Origin: Wenzhouxiangella sp.
GTDB lineage: Bacteria; Pseudomonadota; Gammaproteobacteria; Xanthomonadales; Wenzhouxiangellaceae
DNA length: 64,000 nt
Direction of reading: 5' to 3'
NCBI GenBank assembly: GCA_036353315.1
Contig: JAZBOC010000107.1
Coordinates: 6,236-70,235 of the forward strand
Position numbers and translations under genes: made by a program. This document shows, piece by piece, positions 46,577-56,209 of this stretch; the stretch's first letter is position 1; each line of letters opens with the position of its first letter. Under the pieces are notes generated by a model. The model was not told the origin of the DNA. It did no database searches and worked only from the letters and a program-made list of their open reading frames with translations.

Positions 46577-47677
46577 ATGGCGCGGACTGTCGCCGCCTTC
46601 AAGGTGGATCACTTCCAGTTCCTGGACCCGGACGGCAAGCTGATCGAGAATCAGCAGGTACCGGCCCTGGCCCAGGACTTCGAGCGTCTGACGCGACTGT
46701 ACCGACAAATGGTGCTGACCCGGATTTTCGACAAGAAGGCCATCGCGCTGCAGCGAACCGGCAAGCTCGGCACCTATGCGTCCTGCCTAGGTCACGAAGC
46801 CGCTCATATCGCCATTGGCTCGGCGATGCGTCCGGAAGACTGCTTTGCCCCGATGTACCGCGAGTACGGGGTTCAGTTCTGTCGCGGGGTGCGAATGACC
46901 GACGTGCTGCTTTACTGGGGCGGCGACGAGCGCGGCAGCGACTACGCCGACGCGCCGCATGATTTTGCCTGGTGCGTGCCGATCGCGACCCAGTGCCTGC
47001 ATGCTGCCGGGGCTGCGCTCGCCTACAAGCTGCGTGACGAAAAGCGCGTTGCGGTCTCCGTGGTCGGTGACGGTGGGTCGTCGAAGGGCGATTTTCTTGA
47101 GGCCATCAACGCCGGCAGTGCCTGGAAGCTGCCGCTGGTGCTGGTCATCGTCAACAATCAATGGGCAATTTCGGTTCCGCGTTCGCGCCAAAACACCGCC
47201 GCCACCTTGGCTCAGAAAGGCATCGCCGGCGGCCTGCCCAGCATCCAGGTCGACGGCAACGACCTGATCGCCTGCCTGTGGGCGATGGAGAAAGCCCTGG
47301 CTGCCGCCCGTGACGGCCACGGCAGCTTCGTCATCGAAATGCTGACCTATCGCATCAGCGACCACACCACCGCCGACGACGCGCGGCGCTATCGTCCCAA
47401 CGAAGAAGTCGAAGACGCCTGGCGCAAAGAGCCCATCGGCAGGCTTCGCAGCTACCTGATCGACCAGGGCGCCTGGGACGACGAGCGTGAACAAGCCCTG
47501 CAAGACGAATGCATCGCCGAAGTGCAGCAGGCCGCGGATGAATACCTGAGCATGGTGGGTGACGACCCGCAGCCCGTTACCGCCATGTTCGATTACATGT
47601 TCGCCGAACTGCCGCACGACCTGGCCGAGCAGCGGGCCTACGCCGAGCAGTTTCCCGAAGACGGGGGACACCACTGA
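46577..47677 (+). CDS. 2-oxoacid dehydrogenase E1 component, alpha subunit (TPP-dependent; BCKDH/PDH type)
   Basis: 366 aa. TPP motif VSVVGDGGSSKGDFLEAINAGSAWKLPLVLVIVNNQWAIS, phosphorylation-loop-like YRISDHTTADD. Confidence 0.9.
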   Translation: MARTVAAFKVDHFQFLDPDGKLIENQQVPALAQDFERLTRLYRQMVLTRIFDKKAIALQRTGKLGTYASCLGHEAAHIAIGSAMRPEDCFAPMYREYGVQFCRGVRMTDVLLYWGGDERGSDYADAPHDFAWCVPIATQCLHAAGAALAYKLRDEKRVAVSVVGDGGSSKGDFLEAINAGSAWKLPLVLVIVNNQWAISVPRSRQNTAATLAQKGIAGGLPSIQVDGNDLIACLWAMEKALAAARDGHGSFVIEMLTYRISDHTTADDARRYRPNEEVEDAWRKEPIGRLRSYLIDQGAWDDEREQALQDECIAEVQQAADEYLSMVGDDPQPVTAMFDYMFAELPHDLAEQRAYAEQFPEDGGHH

Positions 47678-48657
47678 TGAGCGCAATCACCCTGATCGAG
47701 GGCGTGACGCTGGCGCTGGCCCGCGCCATGGAAGAGGACCCTTCCGTCGTGATCCTCGGCGAAGACGTGGGCGCCAACGGCGGCGTTTTCCGTGCCACCG
47801 CCGGGCTGCAGCAGCGTTTCGGTGACCAGCGGGTGCTTGACACGCCGCTGGCCGAAGTCATGATTGCCGGCATGAGCATCGGCATGGCCGCTCAAGGCAT
47901 GAAGCCGGTCGCGGAGGCACAGTTCTGCGGCTTCACCATGCCGATGATCGACCACCTCATGTGTCATGCCGGGCGCATGCGCAATCGCACCCGCGGGCGA
48001 CTGAGCTGCCCGATGGTGCTGCGCTTCCCCACCGGCGGCGGTATCCATGCGCCGGAGCATCACTCAGAAAGCCCTGAAGCCCTGTTTGCCCACATGCCGG
48101 GCATCCGGGTGGTCATGCCGTCGTCCCCGTCACGCGCCTACGGGCTGCTGCTGGCCGCCATTCGCGATCCGGATCCGGTGATCTTCATGGAACCGAAACG
48201 AATCTACCGCTGGCAAAAGGAAGAGGTCGTCGACGACGGCGAAGAGCTGCCGCTGGACGTGTGCTTTACCCTGCGCGACGGCAGCGACATCACCCTGGTC
48301 ACCTGGGGCGCCATGATCAAGGAAACCCTGGCCGCCGCCGACCAGCTGGAAGCCGACGGCGTCAGCGTAGAGGTCATCGACGTCGCCACGATCAGCCCGC
48401 TGGACATGGACACCATCATCGAGTCGGTCTCGCGAACCGGGCGCTGCGTGGTCATCCAGGAGGCACCGCGGCACTGCGGAGTCGCTGGAGAGATCGCGGC
48501 CAACCTGGCTGATGCGGGCATCTGGAGCCTGCTGGCACCGGTCAAGCGCGTTTGCGGCTACGATACGGTCATGCCGCTGTATCGCAACGAATTGAAGTAC
48601 ATGCCCAGCGTCCGGCGCATTCTGGATGCGGCTCATCAGGTTCTGGAGGTCTCATGA
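47677..48657 (+). CDS. 2-oxoacid dehydrogenase E1 component, beta subunit
   Basis: 326 aa. ILGEDVGANGGVFRATAGLQQRFG...RVLDTPLAE, and FMEPKRIY. TGATG junction with the alpha subunit. Confidence 0.9.
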   Translation: MSAITLIEGVTLALARAMEEDPSVVILGEDVGANGGVFRATAGLQQRFGDQRVLDTPLAEVMIAGMSIGMAAQGMKPVAEAQFCGFTMPMIDHLMCHAGRMRNRTRGRLSCPMVLRFPTGGGIHAPEHHSESPEALFAHMPGIRVVMPSSPSRAYGLLLAAIRDPDPVIFMEPKRIYRWQKEEVVDDGEELPLDVCFTLRDGSDITLVTWGAMIKETLAAADQLEADGVSVEVIDVATISPLDMDTIIESVSRTGRCVVIQEAPRHCGVAGEIAANLADAGIWSLLAPVKRVCGYDTVMPLYRNELKYMPSVRRILDAAHQVLEVS

Positions 48658-50030
48658 CGGTGTTCAAACTGCCCGATCTGGGCGAAGGTCTGCCGGACGC
48701 GGAGATCGTCGAATGGCTGGTCAGCGAAGGCGATGAGGTCAAGCTCGACCAGCCGCTGGTGTCAATGGAAACGGCCAAGGCGGTGGTCGAGGTGCCTAGC
48801 CCGGTCAGCGGTCGAGTGATCCGATTCCACGGTCAGGCCGGAGACGTCATCAAGACCGGCGCACCGCTGGCCGAGTTCACCCTCGAAGGCGACAACGAAA
48901 CCGCTCCATCGAACGGTATAGATGACAAGCCGAGCGACATCGAACCGGAAGACGATCAGGAAGAAGAGCTGGACTTCGCCGAACTGGCGGCCACCCGGCG
49001 GCGCGCGCCCGAGCCAACGGCAAGCGGCTCCGCAGACGCACAGCCTGAATCATCCGAGCAGCCCACAGAGTCATCGCGAGACGACAGCGGCACCGTGGTC
49101 GGCAACGTGCCCTCCGGTAATGAAGTGCTTGAGGAGCGGACCAGCGATCTCGGCGGCGTCCGCGCCACGCCGGCGGTGCGCGCGCTGGCCAGAAAACTCA
49201 AAGTCGACATTGTCAAAGTGCCGCCGTCGGGCAGCGGCGGCGTGGTCACAGCTACCGACGTGCGCCAGGCGGCTGAGAACGGTGGAGCGGTGCTGACCGC
49301 GCCTGGATCGGGCCGTCCCGCGATGTCCACCGAACCGACACCGACTTACCGTGAACCCGTCCGCCCCCGGGCGCCGGCCAGTCCGCCACCGAGCGGCGAG
49401 TGGGAACCCTTGCGCGGGACCCGACGGACCATGGCCCGGGTGATGAGTGAATCTCACCGCAGCATCGTGCCGACCACCCTGATGGATGACGCCGACATCC
49501 ACGCCTGGCGGCCGGGGGAAGACATCACCGTCCGTCTGATCCGCGCCCTTTGGGCCGGCGCAACCGCGGAGCCAGGCCTGAATGCCTGGTACGACGGCGA
49601 GAACGGCGTGCGAATGGTGCACAAGAACATGCACGTGGGGATGGCGGTCGATACTGCCGACGGATTGTTCGTGGCCGCCCTGCGCAACGTCAACCAGCTC
49701 GATCGCCCGCAGCTTCGAGGCGAGATCAACCGACTGCGCGACAATGCCGCCAACCGATCGATTCCGCCCGAAGATCTGAAGGACTACACCCTGATCCTGT
49801 CCAACTTCGGCAAGTTCGCGGGACGCTACGCCACCCCGGTGATCACCCCGCCCTGCGTGTGCATCGTTGCGGCCGGGGCCCTGCGTCACGAGGTCGTCCC
49901 GGTGCTCGGTGGCATGGAGGTCCACCGCATGATCCCGCTCTCGCTCACGTTCGATCACCGGGCCTGCACCGGCGGCGAGGCCGCGAGGTTCCTCAAGGCC
50001 ATGCTCGACGATCTTGCCTCGGCCGAATGA
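48654..50030 (+). CDS. dihydrolipoamide acyltransferase (E2) with one lipoyl domain
   Basis: ATG at 48654 (ATGA overlap with E1beta) gives MTVFKLPDLGEGLPDAEIVEW. Lipoyl-Lys in VSMETAKAVVEV, acidic/Pro-rich linker, E3-binding region ATPAVRALARKLKVD, catalytic LSLTFDHRACTGGEAARF. Confidence 0.9.
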   Translation: MTVFKLPDLGEGLPDAEIVEWLVSEGDEVKLDQPLVSMETAKAVVEVPSPVSGRVIRFHGQAGDVIKTGAPLAEFTLEGDNETAPSNGIDDKPSDIEPEDDQEEELDFAELAATRRRAPEPTASGSADAQPESSEQPTESSRDDSGTVVGNVPSGNEVLEERTSDLGGVRATPAVRALARKLKVDIVKVPPSGSGGVVTATDVRQAAENGGAVLTAPGSGRPAMSTEPTPTYREPVRPRAPASPPPSGEWEPLRGTRRTMARVMSESHRSIVPTTLMDDADIHAWRPGEDITVRLIRALWAGATAEPGLNAWYDGENGVRMVHKNMHVGMAVDTADGLFVAALRNVNQLDRPQLRGEINRLRDNAANRSIPPEDLKDYTLILSNFGKFAGRYATPVITPPCVCIVAAGALRHEVVPVLGGMEVHRMIPLSLTFDHRACTGGEAARFLKAMLDDLASAE

Positions 50031-50061
50031 TTCCCGCCAACAAGTCGGGCCCGGCGCGGCA

Positions 50062-50523
50062 ATGATCGGACACGTTGCCCCCAGCATGATCATCGGCGCC
50101 TGCGAATGGGTGGCCCTGCCGGAACTGGGCATTGATCGACTGCGCGCCCGGGTTGACACCGGCGCCAAGTCCTGCGCCCTGCATGCCAGCGACATTCAAC
50201 CGTTCGAGCGCGATGGCGTCGACTGGGTCCGGTTCCGGGTCCATCTCGGACATCCGAGGCCGCGCGAGGACCGCGACTGCGAATGTCTGCTCAAGACCGT
50301 TCGTCGGGTGCGTTCCACGTCCGGCGAAGCCGAGCCGCGCTACACCATCCAGACCCCGATCATCATCGGCCATTCGCGCTGGATGGTGGACATCACCCTG
50401 ACCGACCGGGGCCGAATGCGCTACCGTATGTTGCTGGGCAGGAAGGCCATGGAGAATCACGCCCTGGTCTATCCGGCTCGCACTTTTCTGCAGGGCAAGC
50501 CGCGCCTGGACGCGACCCTCTGA
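50062..50523 (+). CDS. RimK-associated retropepsin-like protease (ATP-dependent zinc protease / RimB-type, DUF785)
   Basis: [44 protein letters not shown] (DTGA aspartyl-protease-like motif). Immediately upstream of rimK. Start uncertain (50014, 50062 or the ATG 8 codons later). Confidence 0.75.
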   Translation: MIGHVAPSMIIGACEWVALPELGIDRLRARVDTGAKSCALHASDIQPFERDGVDWVRFRVHLGHPRPREDRDCECLLKTVRRVRSTSGEAEPRYTIQTPIIIGHSRWMVDITLTDRGRMRYRMLLGRKAMENHALVYPARTFLQGKPRLDATL

Positions 50524-50551
50524 AGCCTGGAACACGCGGAGACCCAACACA

Positions 50552-51457
50552 ATGCGTATCGTCATTCTTTCCCGCAGCCGCAAGATTTACTCGACCCAGC
50601 GCCTGGTCGAGGCCGCCGAGGAGCGCGGGCATGAGGTGCAGGTGATTGACACGCTGGGCTGCTACATGAACATTGCCTCGCATCGACCGACCATGCACTA
50701 TCGCGGCAAGCAGCTGCAGCCGTTCGATGCCGTCATTCCCCGCATCGGCGCTTCGATCACCTTCTACGGCACGGCCGTGCTGCGCCAGTTCGAGATGATG
50801 GGGACGTTTCCGCTCAACGAATCGGTCGCCGTCACCCGCTCGCGCGATAAGCTCAGGTCCCTGCAACTACTGGCCCGGCGCGGGATCGGCCTGCCCGTCA
50901 CCGGTTTCGCTCGCCAGTCCAGCGACATCGGCGACCTGATCGAAATGGTCGGCGGAGCGCCCCTGGTGGTCAAACTGCTCGAAGGCACCCAAGGCATCGG
51001 CGTCGTCCTGTGTGAGACGCGCAAGGCGGCCGAAAGCGTACTTGAGGCCTTCATGGGCTTGAACGTGTCGATCATGGTGCAGGAATACATCAAGGAAGCC
51101 GGCGGTGCCGACATCCGCTGCTTCGTGGTCGGCGACAAGGTCGTGGCCGCGATCAAGCGCCAGGCCAAGCCGGGCGAGTTCCGCTCCAACCTGCATCGCG
51201 GCGGCACCGCCTCGCTGGTCAAGATCACGCCGCAGGAGCGCTCTGTGGCCGTCCGGGCAGCCAAGATCATGGGCCTGAACGTGGCCGGGGTCGATATCCT
51301 GCGGGCCAATCATGGACCAGTCATTATGGAGGTCAACTCCTCGCCCGGTCTGGAAGGCATCGAGACCTCCACCGGCAAGGACGTGGCCGGGATGATCATC
51401 GGTTTCCTCGAAAAGAACGCCCGCAAGGACAAGACCCGGACCCGCGGAACCGGCTGA
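50552..51457 (+). CDS. rimK: ribosomal protein S6 / poly-alpha-L-glutamate ligase RimK (ATP-grasp)
   Basis: 301 aa. [75 protein letters not shown] are all RimK hallmarks. Confidence 0.95.
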   Translation: MRIVILSRSRKIYSTQRLVEAAEERGHEVQVIDTLGCYMNIASHRPTMHYRGKQLQPFDAVIPRIGASITFYGTAVLRQFEMMGTFPLNESVAVTRSRDKLRSLQLLARRGIGLPVTGFARQSSDIGDLIEMVGGAPLVVKLLEGTQGIGVVLCETRKAAESVLEAFMGLNVSIMVQEYIKEAGGADIRCFVVGDKVVAAIKRQAKPGEFRSNLHRGGTASLVKITPQERSVAVRAAKIMGLNVAGVDILRANHGPVIMEVNSSPGLEGIETSTGKDVAGMIIGFLEKNARKDKTRTRGTG

Positions 51458-51474
51458 GATTGCGCGGCCGCGGG

Positions 51475-52065
51475 TTACAGCTCCAGACGATCGAACTCGC
51501 GAATATTGATCAGCATTTCGTGGATGGCGCGTTCCAGACCGCGGCGATCACGCGCCTCGGCCAAACGCCGGATGCTATCGACGATGGCAATCCACCAGTT
51601 CATGTGGGTGGCCGACAACTGGGCGGCCACGGCCACCAGGTCGCGGGTCATCGACAGCGACTCCTTGCCCTCGCTTTTCAGCGCCACCAGGCTGTCCAGG
51701 TCAGGATGCTTGCGCTCAAGTTCATCAAGCAGGCGAGAGATAACGTCGGGATCGCGTTCCAGTTCCCGGGAAGCGGCCGGCTCGGCGTTGGGCTCGAGAA
51801 AAGCAATGTCGAGCAGCGACAGCAGGTCGCGGAACGACCCGCGCAGGCTCAGCCACATCTGCCGCCGCCGCCGATGCTCCAGGTAACGCTGAATCAAACC
51901 AAGCAGGCCAACCAGAAAGAAGGCCTCGATGCAGAACACCACCAGCTCCGGCACCAGTTCCTCGCGAAACTGACCACCGCCGGTGCCGAAGATGAAATAC
52001 AGCCAGAAGCCGAGCCCGCTGAGAGCGAAGATCACCATCAGAACGACGATAAACAATCGGCTCAT
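51475..52065 (-). CDS. hypothetical 2-TM membrane protein with cytoplasmic helical domain
   Basis: 196 aa. TM1 LFIVVLMVIFALSGLGFWLYFIF, TM2 LVVFCIEAFFLVGLLGLI, then HRRRRQ and about 125 aa of charged helices. ATGA overlap (52062..52065) with the upstream unknown gene. Confidence 0.6.
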   Translation of the reverse strand: MSRLFIVVLMVIFALSGLGFWLYFIFGTGGGQFREELVPELVVFCIEAFFLVGLLGLIQRYLEHRRRRQMWLSLRGSFRDLLSLLDIAFLEPNAEPAASRELERDPDVISRLLDELERKHPDLDSLVALKSEGKESLSMTRDLVAVAAQLSATHMNWWIAIVDSIRRLAEARDRRGLERAIHEMLINIREFDRLEL

Positions 52066-52622
52066 GAGGCTTCGTCCGGTCGCGCTCCGTTATCGTCGCA
52101 GGCAAACGCACGCACGACGCGGGCGATGCGTTCGGCCTCCTCCAGGGTCAGATCCAGTGGCAGATTAGCCACGTAAACCGTTGTTTCAGAACGCAATGAG
52201 ATCGGAATGATATTCGCCGGATTTTCGGTCGCCTCCAGCGTGATGCGTTCGGCCATTTCGCGCTCGGGCGTCAGCGAACCTCGACCGATGGCCCGATGGC
52301 GCTCGCCGCCAGCGCTCTGGAATGCCCCGGGGTGTTCCGACCAGGCGATAAATTCAGACTGCGCCATCCGGAATCGCTCGGCGTACAGCGCCAAGGCTTC
52401 ACTGCGGATGCTCGACTCTTCGAGCTTGTGGAAGCGCGAAGCCAATTCGTCAATGTCCAGCGAACGGACGTCAGCACGCTCGGCTTCGGTCATCTCCCCG
52501 GCCAGTCGTTCCACAGCCTGACGGCGCGCACGCGCTACGGCCGGGTTGATCAGCCCTTCCATACCGGCGTTCTTGTGAAACTCCAGCAGGCGGTCGACCG
52601 AATACGAACCATCAGGCATCAT
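52062..52622 (-). CDS. hypothetical soluble protein (no family recognised)
   Basis: 186 aa. Strong SD AAGGAGA 8 nt before ATGATG at 52622. Helical N-terminal half (SVDRLLEFHKNAG...ARARRQAVERL), C-terminal IPISLRSETTVYVANLPLDLTLEEAERIARVVRAF. Confidence 0.6.
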   Translation of the reverse strand: MMPDGSYSVDRLLEFHKNAGMEGLINPAVARARRQAVERLAGEMTEAERADVRSLDIDELASRFHKLEESSIRSEALALYAERFRMAQSEFIAWSEHPGAFQSAGGERHRAIGRGSLTPEREMAERITLEATENPANIIPISLRSETTVYVANLPLDLTLEEAERIARVVRAFACDDNGARPDEAS

Positions 52623-52697
52623 TCAGGCCATCTCCTTAACTCATCCATCGGCTCTTGATCAAGCCTATCAGTGCTTCCGGACGCGCCGCACCCGATG

Positions 52698-53381
52698 TCA
52701 CGGCGAAATCCTGAACACCAGCTGCGGCAGACCCTCAACGCTCGCCCGGACTTCCTGGCCAGGCAACAGCGCGGAAACGCCGGCCGGAGTGCCCGTAAAA
52801 ATGACGTCCCCGGCGCTCAGACTGACGGTGCGCGACAGTTCGCACAACAGCTCTGCAACCGACCACAGCATGTCGCCGAGCAGAGCGGACTGGCGCAGCT
52901 CGCCGTCCACGGTCAGGCTGATTGCGGTCTGGGCATCCAGCCGGGCCTGCTGCGCAGGAACAATCTGACCGACCGGACCGGCGCTGTCGAAGCCCTTGCT
53001 CATTTCCCAGGGCTGACCCGCTTGCTTGGCCCGCGCCTGGACGTCTCGGCGCGTGAGGTCGACACCGACCGCGTAGCCGAAGATGCACCCCGACGCCTGG
53101 TCGGACGTGAGACTACGACCGCCGCCTTTGAGAAAGACGATCAGCTCGACCTCGTGATGCAAATCGGCCGTGTCCGGTGGATAGTCGATGCAGTCGGCAT
53201 GAACCAGGGCCTGCGCCGGCTTGGAAAAGAAAACGGGCGCCGAGCGATCCGGATCGACGCCCATCTCCCGGGCATGCTCGGCGTAGTTTCGCCCCAAGCA
53301 CCAGACCGTTCGGACCGGAAACGCCCCGCCGCCCAGAACCGGAAGGAGCGGCGCCTGCCAATCGACCACGCGCTCCACCAT
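52698..53381 (-). CDS. fumarylacetoacetate hydrolase (FAH) family protein
   Basis: 227 aa. CLGRNYAEHAREMG, HHEVELIVFL, VGVDLTRRDVQ, GDVIFTGTPAGV are typical small FAH-family (YcgM-like) enzyme motifs. Confidence 0.85.
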   Translation of the reverse strand: MVERVVDWQAPLLPVLGGGAFPVRTVWCLGRNYAEHAREMGVDPDRSAPVFFSKPAQALVHADCIDYPPDTADLHHEVELIVFLKGGGRSLTSDQASGCIFGYAVGVDLTRRDVQARAKQAGQPWEMSKGFDSAGPVGQIVPAQQARLDAQTAISLTVDGELRQSALLGDMLWSVAELLCELSRTVSLSAGDVIFTGTPAGVSALLPGQEVRASVEGLPQLVFRISP

Positions 53382-53388
53382 CCAGGCC

Positions 53389-54399
53389 TCAGCCCAGTTT
53401 GCGAATGCCGACGGCCGAGCGCAGCTGCTCCATCAGCGGCCGGCTGATCGCGCGCGCCTTGTCTGCGCCGCGCTGCAGTTCATCCTCGACCCGGGCCGGA
53501 TCGGCCATCAGGGCCTCATAGCGCTCGCGCGGAGCCTGAAGTTGGGCATTGACCAGCTCGAACAACTGCTGCTTGACCTCGCCCCAGGCAATCCCTTCGC
53601 TGAAGGCTGCGCGCATCGCCTGGCGCTGAGCCGGAGTGGCGAAGGCGGCATAGACCGCGTAGACCGGGGCGCTGTCCGGATCCTTCGGTTCGCCCGGCTC
53701 GAGCGAGTTGGTCTTGATCTTCATGATCGCCTTGCGCAGCTTCTTCTCGGGGAGCCACAGTGGAATGGTGTTGTCGTAGCTTTTCGACATCTTGCGGCCG
53801 TCGGTGCCCGGCAAGGTAGCCACATGCTCGTCGATGACCGCTTCAGGCAAGGTGAAATGCTCGCCATAGCGATGGTTGAAGCGGGCGGCGATATCGCGCG
53901 CCATCTCCAGGTGCTGGACCTGGTCCTTGCCGACCGGAACGCGGTGGGCATTGAACATGAGGATATCAGCGGCCATCAGAACCGGGTAGCAGAACAGGCC
54001 CATGGTGATGCCCTGGTCAGGATCCTCGCCCGCCTCTCGGTTGGCATCGATCCCCGCCTTGTAAGCGTGGGCGCGGTTCATCAGCCCCTTGGCCGTCACG
54101 CAGGTCAGTAGCCAGGTCAGTTCTGGGATCTCCGGCACGTCTGACTGGCGATAGAACACCGCCCGCTCGGTGTCCAGACCCAGCGCCAGCCAGGTCGCGG
54201 CAATTTCCAGGGTTGAACGCTGTACCCGCTCCGGATCCTCGCACTTGACCAGGGCGTGGTAGTCGGCCAGAAAATAGAAGGACTCGGTCGCCTGATCGCG
54301 GCTGGCAGCGATCGCCGGCTCGATCGCACCGACGTAGTTGCCGAGATGGGGTGTGCCGGTGGTCGTGATCCCGGTGAGCACGCGCTGATTGATGGTCAT
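53389..54399 (-). CDS. trpS: tryptophan--tRNA ligase
   Basis: ATG at 54399 gives [26 protein letters not shown] (HIGH-type TPHLGN) and KMSKS (GRKMSKSY). Confidence 0.95.
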   Translation of the reverse strand: MTINQRVLTGITTTGTPHLGNYVGAIEPAIAASRDQATESFYFLADYHALVKCEDPERVQRSTLEIAATWLALGLDTERAVFYRQSDVPEIPELTWLLTCVTAKGLMNRAHAYKAGIDANREAGEDPDQGITMGLFCYPVLMAADILMFNAHRVPVGKDQVQHLEMARDIAARFNHRYGEHFTLPEAVIDEHVATLPGTDGRKMSKSYDNTIPLWLPEKKLRKAIMKIKTNSLEPGEPKDPDSAPVYAVYAAFATPAQRQAMRAAFSEGIAWGEVKQQLFELVNAQLQAPRERYEALMADPARVEDELQRGADKARAISRPLMEQLRSAVGIRKLG

Positions 54400-54479
54400 G
54401 GCCGGTTCGGGGCTGTCATCGGATGGCGGTAAAACGCTATTGTAGTGCCTCATGTCCCACGGGAGACCACAGCTTGGAG

Positions 54480-55580
54480 ATGATCAGGGCCGTTTACCAG
54501 GCCACCGCCGCGGACCGGGATCCGGAAGTCCTGGCTGAGAACATTGCCCGCGAACAAAGCCTGGAGCTGACCCGGGCACTCATCCCCGAGGCCATTGCCG
54601 AACGCCTGCTCGGCCGGGTTCTCGACGTGGCACCTCTGGCCGACGATTGCTGGCGGCTGGAGATCGGCTACCCGGCTGAACTGGCCAGCGGCCAGGCCGG
54701 TCAGTTGCTGCACCTGATCTACGGCAACATCTCGTTCTATCCGCGCATTCGCCTGGTAGGGCTGGACCTTCCGGACGGTCTGCTCGCCCGCCTGCCCGGT
54801 CCAATCGGCGGTCTGCCCGCCATCCGCGCCTGGACCGGCGTTGCTGAGCGCGCCCTGCTGATGACGGTGCTCAAGCCGCGCGGCAGCGACCCCTCGGTGC
54901 TGGCCGATCTGGCCCTGGCCTTCGCCCGCGGCGGCGGCGATCTGATCAAGGATGACCAGAATCTGGTCGAAGACGATATTGCCGCCTTCGGCCGGCGGGT
55001 TGGCGCCTGCGCTGCCGCCGTCGACCGAGCTGCTCACGAAACCGGCCGGCGCTGCCTGTATCTGCCGCACGTGGCCGGCAGCGGTGACCACCTCCGACGC
55101 CAGCTTGACATCGTCCGCGAGCTGAAGCTCGGCGGGGTGGTTCTATGCACCTGGGTCATGGGGCTGGAGACGGCTGCAACGGCGGCCAGAGAGCGTGACC
55201 TGATGTGGCTGTCCCATCCAGCCATGGCCGGCGCCTTCACCGAACCGCCCGCCACCGGCATCGCAAGCGCGGTGCTGCTCGGAACGATGGTGCGGGTGGC
55301 CGGCGCCGACGTCAGCATTTTTCCCGGTCGAGGCGGCCGGATTCATTCCGGACGCAGCGACGACGAAAGCGCCACCTGCCGAGCGTTGACCGCGCCGCTG
55401 GGCCCGATCAAGGCCACCCTGCCCTGCACCGGCGGCGGCAAGACTCTGGAGCAGGCAGCGCTCACCGCGCGGGACCAGGGACCAGACTGCGCGATCCTGG
55501 TCGGCGGCGACCTGATCGCGCGCGGCGATCGCATCACGGCCGATACCGCAGCCGCCGTGGCGGCCCTGACCGCTGTCTGA
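54480..55580 (+). CDS. RuBisCO-like protein (form IV large-subunit homologue)
   Basis: ATG at 54480 (GGAGA upstream), 366 aa. [11 protein letters not shown] (Lys175 equivalent), [12 protein letters not shown] (KDDE to KDDQ; Gln codon 54957..54959), LPCTGGG and ILVGGDL C-terminal P-site glycine motifs. Confidence 0.85.
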   Translation: MIRAVYQATAADRDPEVLAENIAREQSLELTRALIPEAIAERLLGRVLDVAPLADDCWRLEIGYPAELASGQAGQLLHLIYGNISFYPRIRLVGLDLPDGLLARLPGPIGGLPAIRAWTGVAERALLMTVLKPRGSDPSVLADLALAFARGGGDLIKDDQNLVEDDIAAFGRRVGACAAAVDRAAHETGRRCLYLPHVAGSGDHLRRQLDIVRELKLGGVVLCTWVMGLETAATAARERDLMWLSHPAMAGAFTEPPATGIASAVLLGTMVRVAGADVSIFPGRGGRIHSGRSDDESATCRALTAPLGPIKATLPCTGGGKTLEQAALTARDQGPDCAILVGGDLIARGDRITADTAAAVAALTAV

Positions 55581-55650
55581 CGGCCCTCTCCGGGCGCCCG
55601 CAAATGGGCGGCATGTTACCCTGAAGGTTCGACTCAAATCTGGAAACAGC

Positions 55651-56115
55651 ATGGAAATCAAGGCGAACACCGTTGTCAGCATCGACTACACCCTGACCGG
55701 CGCTGACGGGCAGATCATCGACACTTCCGAGGGCCGGGAGCCGCTGGTTTATCTGCACGGGCACGGCAACATCATTCCCGGTCTGGAAAAGGCCATCGAA
55801 GGCAAGACCGAGGGCGATGAACTGGCCGTCAGCGTTGAACCCGAAGAGGCCTATGGACCATACCGAGAAGAACTGATCCAGGACGTGCCGAAGTCCGCCT
55901 TCGACGGCATGGAGAAAGTTGAACCCGGCATGAGCTTCCGGGCCGAGTCTTCAGCCGGTCCGATGACCGTAACCGTCCGCGAAGTCGGAGAAGACACGGT
56001 CAAAGTCGACGGCAACCACATGCTCGCCGGACAGGTTCTCAACTTCAAGGTCGCGGTCAAGGACGTGCGCGAAGCCACCGAGGCCGAAAAGTCCGAGGGC
56101 GCAGTCGCCGGCTAA
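55651..56115 (+). CDS. FKBP-type peptidyl-prolyl cis-trans isomerase (SlyD/SlpA-like, with IF insert, no His-rich tail)
   Basis: 154 aa. VVSIDYTLTGADGQIIDTSEGREPLVYLHGHGNIIPGLEKAIEGKTEGDE, and NHMLAGQVLNFKVAVKDVREAT. Confidence 0.85.
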   Translation: MEIKANTVVSIDYTLTGADGQIIDTSEGREPLVYLHGHGNIIPGLEKAIEGKTEGDELAVSVEPEEAYGPYREELIQDVPKSAFDGMEKVEPGMSFRAESSAGPMTVTVREVGEDTVKVDGNHMLAGQVLNFKVAVKDVREATEAEKSEGAVAG

Positions 56116-56135
56116 CGCTGGCTCCCGCGGGAAGC

Positions 56136-56163
56136 ACCGGACCTCGCCCGTGCGCGGTCCGGT
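56136..56163 (+). terminator. weak hairpin after the PPIase gene
   Basis: ACCGGACC (56136..56143) pairs with GGTCCGGT (56156..56163), 12-nt loop. Poor U-tract. Confidence 0.3.
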
Positions 56164-56209
56164 CTGCTATGCTTTGCGCCCCTGCGACCTTGAGGATGCC
56201 TGCCCGTCA

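Noticed and set aside
46787-47686. 299-aa minus-strand ORF
   Set aside because: Antisense to the E1 alpha subunit, whose TPP motif fixes the true frame.
49071-50195. 374-aa minus-strand ORF
   Set aside because: Antisense to the E2 acyltransferase and the rimB-like gene. The Arg/Gly/His-rich product has no family resemblance.
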